This document shows positions 57,306-64,000 of a DNA stretch of 64,000 bases, piece after piece. Position 1 is the first letter of the stretch; every line of letters starts with the position of its first letter. The stretch comes from Myxococcales bacterium. GTDB taxonomy: Bacteria; Myxococcota_A; Polyangia; Haliangiales; Haliangiaceae. The stretch covers positions 348,863-412,862 of the forward strand of contig JADJFN010000001.1 of NCBI GenBank assembly GCA_016708565.1, in the 5' to 3' direction. Both the position numbers and the translations under genes were made by a program. The notes under the pieces are model-generated. The model made no database searches and had not been told where the DNA came from. It saw only the letters and a list, made by a program, of their open reading frames with translations.

Positions 57306-58756
57306 TGCGCGCCGCGTGGGTCGCGATCGCGCTGGCGGCGAGCTGCGGCTTCGCCCCCGAGGAGCCGTTCTCCGGCGCGCGCGCCGGCGACGGCATCGCG
57401 CCGTGGCGCGACCTGGGGCCGGCGCCGGTGTGCCTGGGCAACCAGTACCTCGGCCCCGACGGCACCGCCGCCGGCGGCTTCTGCTTCGACCGCAGCGCGA
57501 TCGAGGCGCCGTGCACCACCGACGGCGACTGCCGCTCGCGCGAGGCGTGCGTGTGCGGGCGCTGCACCGTGCCGTACTGCGCGACCCAATCGGACTGCGC
57601 CGCCGATCGGGTGTGCACGTTCAGCCAGCACCGCTGCGATCTGGCGTGCGGCGACGCCGGCGACTGCGCGCCCGGCGAGGAGTGCAGCAACGGCGCGTGC
57701 CGCGGCCGGTGCGCGACGTCGGCCGAGTGCCAGACCGGCGAGGTGTGCTCGAGCCGGAACTTCTGCGTCACCGACGACTGCGCCACCGACGGCGAGTGCG
57801 CCGGCGCCGAGCGCTGCCACGTCCAGCGGGTGCCGCGGCTGGTGCTCGAGCCGTTCGCGGTGGCGACGGCGGCGGCGGTGGTGCTGTACCTCGAGGTCGG
57901 CGACGACGCCCAGCCGACCCAGCGCGCGATCTGGCGCGCCACCTCGGCCGACGGCGTGCACTACCGCTTCGATCCCGCGCGGCCGGTGCTCGAGGACGCC
58001 GGCGCCGCCCACGCGCCGTCGCTGGTCGCCACCGCCACCGGCTGGGCGCTGTACTACGAGGCCGGCGACGGCGCGGCGATCAAGGTCGCGACCTCGACCG
58101 ACGGCGTCGGCTTCGGCGCGCCGACCGTGGCGCTGACGGGCGGCGTCGGCGCGGCGGCGATCCACGCGCCGAGCGCGGTGGCGCTGCCCGACGGGACGGT
58201 CGCGGTGTACTTCCAGCGCGGCGCGGCGATCGAGGTCGCCACCGGCCCGCTCGGCGGCGCGCTGACCGGCCGCGGCGTGGTGCTGGCGCCGGCCGACGTG
58301 ACGATCCCGCCCGGGGCGCCGCGGGCGCCGTTCTGGGACGCGGTGGTCGCGCTGCGCAGCCCCCACGCCGCGGTCACCGCGGGCGCGGGCGGCCCGTCGC
58401 TGCGGCTGTGGTTCGCCGGCTTCGGTCGCGAGAGCGCCGACTCGCAGCAGTTCGGCATGGACGTGGCGATCCCGGCCAACTACTCCATCGGCTACGCCGC
58501 CGGCGACGTCGCCGATCCCACCCGCTTCACGCCGTGGCCGTACGGGCCGGTGGTCGATCGCGTCGCGGCGTTCCTCGATCACCGCCAGGAGCTGGGGCCC
58601 GGCGTGGTGCAGCTGGTCGACGGCGACGGCCCGGCGCCGCGCTACCTGATGTACAGCGTCGAGGCCAGCGCCACCGATCCGACGATGCTCGGCCCCGACG
58701 CGCCGCTGACGATCGGCCGCCTCGGCGTGCTGGCGAACGGTGGCGCGACGCCTTGA
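57305..58756 (+). CDS. Lipoprotein with an N-terminal Cys-rich (EGF/disintegrin-like CxxGxC) repeat region and a C-terminal beta-rich domain.
   Basis: A LAASCG lipobox. There are more than 24 Cys in the first 170 aa, in repeating GxCxxxxxCxxGxC units. The ATG overlaps the upstream TGA (TGATG). Confidence 0.55.
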   Translation: MRAAWVAIALAASCGFAPEEPFSGARAGDGIAPWRDLGPAPVCLGNQYLGPDGTAAGGFCFDRSAIEAPCTTDGDCRSREACVCGRCTVPYCATQSDCAADRVCTFSQHRCDLACGDAGDCAPGEECSNGACRGRCATSAECQTGEVCSSRNFCVTDDCATDGECAGAERCHVQRVPRLVLEPFAVATAAAVVLYLEVGDDAQPTQRAIWRATSADGVHYRFDPARPVLEDAGAAHAPSLVATATGWALYYEAGDGAAIKVATSTDGVGFGAPTVALTGGVGAAAIHAPSAVALPDGTVAVYFQRGAAIEVATGPLGGALTGRGVVLAPADVTIPPGAPRAPFWDAVVALRSPHAAVTAGAGGPSLRLWFAGFGRESADSQQFGMDVAIPANYSIGYAAGDVADPTRFTPWPYGPVVDRVAAFLDHRQELGPGVVQLVDGDGPAPRYLMYSVEASATDPTMLGPDAPLTIGRLGVLANGGATP

Positions 58757-58842
58757 CCGGCCCCGCGGCGGCTGGCTACAAGGGGCGCGACGCGGTGGTT
58801 TTCTTTACCCCGCGCCGATCTGCTGCCTACGATTTCAACTCC

Positions 58843-58923
58843 ATGATCGTCGTCATCGGCAACGTCCTCGCTGGTCTGCTCGGCCTCTCGCTGTTCACCG
58901 CCACCGTGCGGCTGAGCCGCTAG
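58843..58923 (+). CDS. Candidate 26-aa hydrophobic small peptide (MIVVIGNVLAGLLGLSLFTATVRLSR).
   Basis: High-GC3 codons. It is preceded by an AT-richer stretch (58795-58840) and followed by the hairpin GTAGCGG-gccct-CCGCTAC at about 58950-58968. Confidence 0.3.
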   Translation: MIVVIGNVLAGLLGLSLFTATVRLSR

Positions 58924-59031
58924 GCGGGCGAGCCTCCTCCCTGCGAGTGACTCGTAGCGGGCCCTCCGCTACCTGACCGCGCCCCGCGCCGAACTCGACT
59001 CGGGTGGCCCGGCCGCCTTACAACGTGAGGC

Positions 59032-59352
59032 GTGAGTGAGGACGACACCCGCTACCGGATGCGGCCCCGCGAGCGGATCGCGGTGGCGATGCGCAAGGCG
59101 CCGGGGCCCACGCCCGACGCGGCGCCCGCCGACTTCCCGGCCGGGAGCGATCCCGAGATCCCCGTGATCCCGCCGCTCGCGGTGCCCACCGCCGGCGCGA
59201 CCCGGATCCGCTTCGGCGACACGGCGGTGGTCGTCGAGCGCAAGGGCGACCGCGTGACGCTGGTGTTCCCCGGCGGCGTGCGGGTCGAGGGCACCGCGGC
59301 CGAGGCGGCGAGCCTGGCCGCCGCGCTGTCGGTCCGGCCCCCACCTCGGTGA
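59032..59352 (+). CDS. Hypothetical protein (106 aa).
   Basis: GTG start and high GC3. Non-repetitive sequence. No family was recognised. Confidence 0.3.
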   Translation: MSEDDTRYRMRPRERIAVAMRKAPGPTPDAAPADFPAGSDPEIPVIPPLAVPTAGATRIRFGDTAVVVERKGDRVTLVFPGGVRVEGTAAEAASLAAALSVRPPPR

Positions 59353-59480
59353 GCGGTGGGGGTGCCGTGAGAGATCGGTGAGGGTGTTTGGTCGGCTGGC
59401 GGCGTTGCATCGACATGGCCGCACCGCATCGCTCGCTGACCCCGCCAACCATCCTCGGCGCTCGTGCCACAGTAGGCGGG

Positions 59481-60374
59481 ATGCGCACTTGCGCCACGCT
59501 GCGCCTGCCGGACGGGAGCTCGGTCGAGGTCGGCCCCGGGGATCTGCTCGGGCGCACGCCGACCGCCGCCGCGATGATCGACGACCCGCGGGTCTCCGAG
59601 GCCCACGCGTTCTGCAGCCTGCGCCACGGCGAGCTGCACCTCTTGTCGCTGCGCCGCTTGCTGGTGGTCGGCGGCAAGCCGGTCAACGACGTCGTCTTGC
59701 GGCCCGGCATCACGATCGGCATCGCCGACGAGCTGACGCTGACCGTGGTGGCGGTGGTCACGCCCGAGGCGCTGCTCGGCGTGCGCGCCCCGGGGCAGCC
59801 GACCCGGATCTTGTCGCAGGTGGCGTCGATCATCGGCACGCCGCCGCGGATCGTGCCGCGGGTCGAGCGCGACGCCGCGGCGGCGCTGTGGTCGATCGGC
59901 GACAGCTGGCGGCTCCGGCTGCGTGGCCGCCCGCAGGAGCGGGTCGGGCCCGGCGACAGCTTCGAGGTCGACGGCGTGACGTTCACGCTGACCACCGTGC
60001 CGATCGGCCAGGCCGGCCCGTCGGCGACGGTCGCCGGCGGCGCGACCGCCGAGCCGCTGCGCCTGGTGGCGTTCTACGACACCGTCCAGATCCACCGCCG
60101 CAACCGCGAGATCGCGACCGTCGGCGGCACCGGCGCGCGCATCCTGTCGGAGCTGGTCGCGTGCCAGGGGCCGACCGGCTGGGAGGTGCTGGCGCGCGGG
60201 GTGTGGACCGACGAGGCCGACGCGGTGGCGCTGCGCCACCGCTGGGACGTGGCGCTGGGGCGGCTGCGGGCCCGGCTGCGCGAGCTGGGCGTGCGCGACC
60301 TGGTCCGGTCGGATGGCGCCGGCCAGCTGGCCCTCGAGCTGTACGATGGGGACCAGGTTGACGACCGCACGTGA
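59481..60374 (+). CDS. FHA-domain protein with a C-terminal OmpR/PhoB-type winged-helix DNA-binding domain (putative transcription regulator controlled by Ser/Thr phosphorylation).
   Basis: The FHA-like region is LLGRTPTAAAMIDDPRVSEAHAFCSLRHGELHLLSLRRLLVVGGKPVND. The winged helix is GARILSELVACQGPTGWEVLARGVWTDEADAVALRHRWDVALGRLRARLRELGVRDLVRSDGAGQLALEL, which follows the OmpR trans_reg_C pattern. The start is either 59388 or the ATG at 59481. Confidence 0.6.
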   Translation: MRTCATLRLPDGSSVEVGPGDLLGRTPTAAAMIDDPRVSEAHAFCSLRHGELHLLSLRRLLVVGGKPVNDVVLRPGITIGIADELTLTVVAVVTPEALLGVRAPGQPTRILSQVASIIGTPPRIVPRVERDAAAALWSIGDSWRLRLRGRPQERVGPGDSFEVDGVTFTLTTVPIGQAGPSATVAGGATAEPLRLVAFYDTVQIHRRNREIATVGGTGARILSELVACQGPTGWEVLARGVWTDEADAVALRHRWDVALGRLRARLRELGVRDLVRSDGAGQLALELYDGDQVDDRT

Positions 60375-63300
60375 TCGCCGCGGCCCGACGTCGTCCGATC
60401 CCGGCCCGCGCGCGATCGCGCGCTCGGGCGCGGGCTGGAGCGATCGACCGGCCGGCGCGCGGCCGGTGACGGCGCCGAGCATCGACGCCGAGCCGCGCTA
60501 CGTCGACGTCGAGCTGGCCGGGGTCGGCGGCATGGGCACCGTGATGATCGCCCACGATCGCCACCTCGGGCGCGACGTCGCGATCAAGCGGATCGCCGCC
60601 GAGCCCGACGATCACGCGGCCGGCGCGCGGCTGGCGCGCGAGGCGGCGATCACGGCGCGGCTCGAGCACCCGTCGATCGTGCCGATCTACGACGCCGGCG
60701 TCGGCCCCGACGGCCGCCCGTACTACGCGATGCGGCTGGTGCGCGGGCGATCGCTGGCCGAGCGGCTGGCCGACACGCCCGACCTCGCCGCGCGGCTGCC
60801 GCTGGTGCGCGCGTTCCTCGCGGTGTGCCAGGCGATGGCGTACGCCCACCGCCAGGGCGTGATCCACCGCGACCTCAAGCCGGCCAACGTGATGATCGGC
60901 GAGTTCGGTGAGGTGCACGTCGTCGACTGGGGGCTGGCCCGCCGGCTCGACGAGCCCGAGCCGGAGCACGAGGCGCTGGCCGGCACGCCGGCGTACCTGG
61001 CGCCGGAGCGCGCGCGCGGCGAGGGCTCGACCCGCGCCAGCGACGTGTGGTCGCTGGGCGCGATCCTCGGCGAGCTCCTGTGCGGGGCGGCGCTCTTGCC
61101 GGCGAGCCGGCTCGAGATCCTGGCGCGGCTGTCGGCGAGCGAGCCGCCGCCGTGGCCGTGGCCCGCGCGCTGCCCCGGCGAGCTGGTGGCGATCGCGCAC
61201 AAGGCGCTGGCGTGGCGGGTGGAGGATCGCTACGTCGACGCCGAGGTGCTGGCCGCCGACGTGTCGGCGTACCTCGACGGCCGCCGGGTCGGCGCCCACG
61301 CCTACTCGACGACCGAGCTGGCGCGGCGGCTGATCTACGCGTGGCGCTGGCAGGTGGCCGCGGTCAGCGCCGGGCTGGTCGCGGGCTCGGTGGTGCTGGC
61401 CTTGACCTGGAGCCGGATCGCCGGCGAGCAGCGGCGGGCGATCCTCGCCGAGCGGCGCGCCACCGCCGCGCTGGCCGACACCCGGGTCGCGCTGGCGTGG
61501 GCGCTGGATCGCGGCGCGGTGGCGGCGCTCTTGGCCGGCGACGTCGCCGAGGCCGAGACCTCCGCCGCGCAGGCGCTCACCTACGGCGAGTCGATCGACG
61601 CCCGTGGCGTGCTGGCCGCGACCCGGGCCGCGGCGCGGCCGCTGGCGGCCCAGCGCGTCGACGTGCCGGGCTGCGCGCAGGTCGTCCCTGACGGCGCCAC
61701 CACCTTCCTCTGCCACGGCGCCGATCAGCTCGCGCTGTGGCGGGTCGGCGAGGCCGCGCCGCGCTGGCAGGTGCCGTCGGTGGCGACCGGCGCGATCGCG
61801 CTCGACGGGCGCTGGGTGATCGCGCTCGAGCGCGGCGTCGCGGCCACCGTGCTCGACGGGCGCGACGGCACGATCCACGCGCGGGTGCCGGTGGCGGCGC
61901 TGGTCGACAGCCTGGCCCGGGATCCGGGCGCGACCCGGGTGGTGCTGTCGAACCAGCGCGAGGCGATCCTGATCGCGCCCGACAGCGATCGGGTGCGCGC
62001 GCTCGAGCGGCCGTGCGGCACCCGCGCCACCATCGACGCGCTGGCGGTGGGCCGCGCCCAGGTGCTGATCGCGTGCAACGACGGCCGGCTGGTCAAGATC
62101 GGCGACGACGGGGCGGCCGCGGTGATCGCCGAGGTGCCGCTGGGCGGGCAGGACCCGGCCAGCACCGCGGCGCTGGCCGACGACGAACGCACGCTGGCGA
62201 TCGGCGGCATCCACGGCCAGCTGGTGCTGGTCGATCTGGTCACCGGCACGGTGTCGGCGCCGCGCACGGTGCTGCCCGAGCCGGTCCGCCGGGTGCGCCT
62301 CCTCGGCGAGCTGGTCGCGGTCGCCGGCGAGCGCGGCGGTATCCACGTGTGGAGCCGCAGCCTCGAGGCCGAGCTGCTGCGCCTGCCCGAGCGCGCCGGC
62401 GGGCGGTTCGAGCGGGTCGGCGACGAGCTGGTGACCGGCGGCGCCGGCTGGTGGCGCTGGCGGCTGCCGCCGGTCCCGCAGGCCCGCCGCTTCGAGGCGC
62501 CGGCCGGGCTGGCGGCGGCGGCGGTCTCGCCCGACGGCACCCAGGTCGTGGCCGCGCGCGGCGACGGCCGGCTGTCGATGTGGCAGACCGCGCTCGGGCG
62601 GCTGATCGCCGAGCCGGTGCTGGGCCCCGGCGTGATCAAGCGCGCGGCCTTCTCGCCCGACGGGCGCGAGATCGGCGTGGCGATCGCCGGGCCGCCTGGC
62701 GCGCTGGTGGTCGACGCGGCGTCCGGGGCGATCGTCTCGACCTCGCCCGATCTCCCGGGCTCGCACCGGGTCGCGTACCTGCGCGACGGCACGCGCGTGC
62801 TGGTGCCGTACGGCGACCGGCTGATCCGCTGGACGCCGAGCGGCGAGCGCCGCGAGGTGCGCGGCGCGCTGTGGGGCGATCTCGAGCTGTCGGGCGATCG
62901 CGCGCAGATCTGGCTGCTGTCGCGCAGCGGCGAGGTGTGGCGCGCCGACGGCGGCGCGCCGGTGCGGCGGTTCGAGGTGCCCGGGGCGCTGTCGATCGCG
63001 CCGTTCACCGCCGCCGCCGAGGTGGTGATCGCGACCACCAGCCAGGTCACCGTGCGCGATCACGCCGGCCGCGTCCGGATCGCCCTCGACGGCGTCGTCG
63101 ACGGCGTGTTCGACGTCGCGGTCTCCCCCGACGATCGCTTCGTGGTGGCGGCGGTCGCCGACGGCACGATCGAGGTGTGGTCGGCGGTCGACGGCCGGCG
63201 GGTCGCGCACCTGCGCGGCCACCAGGCGCGGGTCGCGTGGGTCGGCTTCGCCGCCGGCGCGCTGTGGTCGGCCGGCTGGGACGGCGTCGTGCTGCGCTGG

Positions 63301-63393
63301 GAGCTGGCCGCGCTCACCGCGCCCGCCGAGGCGCTGGTCGCCGACGCCGCCACCGCCTGGGCCCTGCCGCCGGTCGGCCGCACGACGCCGTGA
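60313..63393 (+). CDS. Ser/Thr protein kinase fused to a large WD40/beta-propeller repeat region.
   Basis: VAIKRI, HRDLKPANVMI, DWGLA (a DFG variant) and GTPAYLAPE are kinase motifs. The C-terminal ~650 aa carry repeated beta-propeller-like blades (...DGTIEVWSAVDGRRVAHLRGHQARVAWVGF...WDGVVLRWEL). The exact start is uncertain. An ATG at 60313 would overlap the upstream gene. Internal GTG codons are alternatives. Confidence 0.75.
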   Translation: MAPASWPSSCTMGTRLTTARDRRGPTSSDPGPRAIARSGAGWSDRPAGARPVTAPSIDAEPRYVDVELAGVGGMGTVMIAHDRHLGRDVAIKRIAAEPDDHAAGARLAREAAITARLEHPSIVPIYDAGVGPDGRPYYAMRLVRGRSLAERLADTPDLAARLPLVRAFLAVCQAMAYAHRQGVIHRDLKPANVMIGEFGEVHVVDWGLARRLDEPEPEHEALAGTPAYLAPERARGEGSTRASDVWSLGAILGELLCGAALLPASRLEILARLSASEPPPWPWPARCPGELVAIAHKALAWRVEDRYVDAEVLAADVSAYLDGRRVGAHAYSTTELARRLIYAWRWQVAAVSAGLVAGSVVLALTWSRIAGEQRRAILAERRATAALADTRVALAWALDRGAVAALLAGDVAEAETSAAQALTYGESIDARGVLAATRAAARPLAAQRVDVPGCAQVVPDGATTFLCHGADQLALWRVGEAAPRWQVPSVATGAIALDGRWVIALERGVAATVLDGRDGTIHARVPVAALVDSLARDPGATRVVLSNQREAILIAPDSDRVRALERPCGTRATIDALAVGRAQVLIACNDGRLVKIGDDGAAAVIAEVPLGGQDPASTAALADDERTLAIGGIHGQLVLVDLVTGTVSAPRTVLPEPVRRVRLLGELVAVAGERGGIHVWSRSLEAELLRLPERAGGRFERVGDELVTGGAGWWRWRLPPVPQARRFEAPAGLAAAAVSPDGTQVVAARGDGRLSMWQTALGRLIAEPVLGPGVIKRAAFSPDGREIGVAIAGPPGALVVDAASGAIVSTSPDLPGSHRVAYLRDGTRVLVPYGDRLIRWTPSGERREVRGALWGDLELSGDRAQIWLLSRSGEVWRADGGAPVRRFEVPGALSIAPFTAAAEVVIATTSQVTVRDHAGRVRIALDGVVDGVFDVAVSPDDRFVVAAVADGTIEVWSAVDGRRVAHLRGHQARVAWVGFAAGALWSAGWDGVVLRWELAALTAPAEALVADAATAWALPPVGRTTP

Positions 63394-63415
63394 GCGCGCG
63401 CGCCGCGCGGTCCGC

Positions 63416-64000
63416 TCACGGGCAGATGCGGTAGATCGCCAGGTACGGGCTGGGCGGGCTGAAGGTCATCGGCCCCTCGAAGCAGCCGCCGCCGACGCCG
63501 CGCGCGTCGATCGAGCCGACCGGCGTGCCGCCGTCGGTGAAGGTGACCTGCAGGCGATCGCTGCCGCCGGTCTGCGACCAGGTGCCGCCGAAGGTCGGCT
63601 CGCCCGGGATCGAGATGGTCTGTCCGGCGATCGCGTAGTCGGCGGCGAAGCCCGCGATCGAGCTCGGGAACAACGCGCACTCGAACCACGACGTCAGGCC
63701 GGTGCCGGTGCAGTGGTCGTGCTGGAGGTGCAGGTCGGTGGTGATCGGGGTCGCGATCGTCGCCGGCGCGACCGTCGTCGCCAGCGTGTTGTTGGCCGGG
63801 TTGGCGTCGCCGGTGATCGGGTTGGCGGTGTAGGTGAAGTTGAGCGGCGCGCTCGAGTACGGCAACTTGAGGTCGAAGTGGACGTCGGTGTAGCCGCCGA
63901 AGCGCGCGATGCCGTTGAGCTGGCAGTTCAGCGTGGTGGCCGACAGCGCGCAGCGGCCGTCGACGTTGGCCAGGTTGCCCATCACGAACACCTGCGGGCT
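63416..64000 (-). CDS. Hypothetical secreted/surface protein, C-terminal part (the gene starts beyond the right edge of the window).
   Basis: The ORF is open to the window end. It is rich in T, G and N and has several Cys, so it looks extracytoplasmic. Confidence 0.4.
   Translation of the reverse strand, partial: SPQVFVMGNLANVDGRCALSATTLNCQLNGIARFGGYTDVHFDLKLPYSSAPLNFTYTANPITGDANPANNTLATTVAPATIATPITTDLHLQHDHCTGTGLTSWFECALFPSSIAGFAADYAIAGQTISIPGEPTFGGTWSQTGGSDRLQVTFTDGGTPVGSIDARGVGGGCFEGPMTFSPPSPYLAIYRICP

Noticed and set aside
59983-63222. A 1079-aa minus-strand ORF opposite the kinase/beta-propeller gene
   Set aside because: It is antisense to a gene with clear kinase motifs and repeated propeller blades. 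It has no motifs of its own and an Arg/Gly/Ala/Pro-biased composition.

Overview
The window is very high-GC (about 72%) with strong GC3 codon bias. Gene content (many Ser/Thr kinases with FHA partners, PEGA and TPR lipoproteins, c-di-GMP signalling proteins, a mevalonate pathway) suggests a Myxococcota-like genome, but this is an inference from gene content only. Because of the GC content every frame carries long spurious ORFs. Real genes were chosen by amino-acid composition, recognisable motifs and start/stop geometry. No rRNA, tRNA or CRISPR array was recognised. From left to right the window contains the following. (1) A bacterial alpha-2-macroglobulin lipoprotein on the minus strand with an apparent frameshift, next to a hypothetical lipoprotein. 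(2) Divergent from it, a 9-kb operon of three translationally coupled paralogous ClpA/ClpC-like double-AAA+ ATPases. Each has a novel N-terminal domain, a Walker-B-degenerate first AAA domain and a ClpP-docking-type tripeptide (IGL, IGF, VGF). Two carry 330-380 aa C-terminal extensions. This is the candidate undescribed system. (3) A LysR regulator with a perfect palindromic box, divergent from a lipoprotein gene. (4) An FHA-protein/Ser-Thr kinase pair. (5) A structured three-hairpin repetitive intergenic element. A second copy of it is split by a decayed IS4-like insertion sequence that still has 10-bp target-site duplications. (6) A TPR metalloprotease lipoprotein, a PilZ protein and RarA. 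(7) A c-di-GMP module: HDOD protein, FIST sensor, hybrid histidine kinase and a receiver-PAS-GGDEF(degenerate)-EAL protein. (8) A seven-gene mevalonate/isoprenoid operon: UbiA-family prenyltransferase, IDI-2, MVK, MVD, PMK, HMGR and a squalene/phytoene-synthase-like enzyme. (9) A TatT-associated TRAP transporter whose DctM subunit ends in a 190-aa acidic, Cys-containing tail encoded by coding microsatellites, with a small zinc-ribbon gene on the opposite strand inside the cluster. (10) A peptide-type substrate-binding lipoprotein, HAMP-GAF histidine kinase and receiver-GGDEF cassette. (11) GpsA. (12) A TPR protein divergent from a PEGA-domain Ser/Thr kinase. (13) A pair of paralogous outer-membrane beta-barrel-like proteins followed by a Cys-rich lipoprotein. 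(14) An FHA plus winged-helix regulator coupled to a Ser/Thr kinase fused to beta-propeller repeats. Four-nucleotide start/stop overlaps (GTGA or ATGA) are seen at ten gene junctions.
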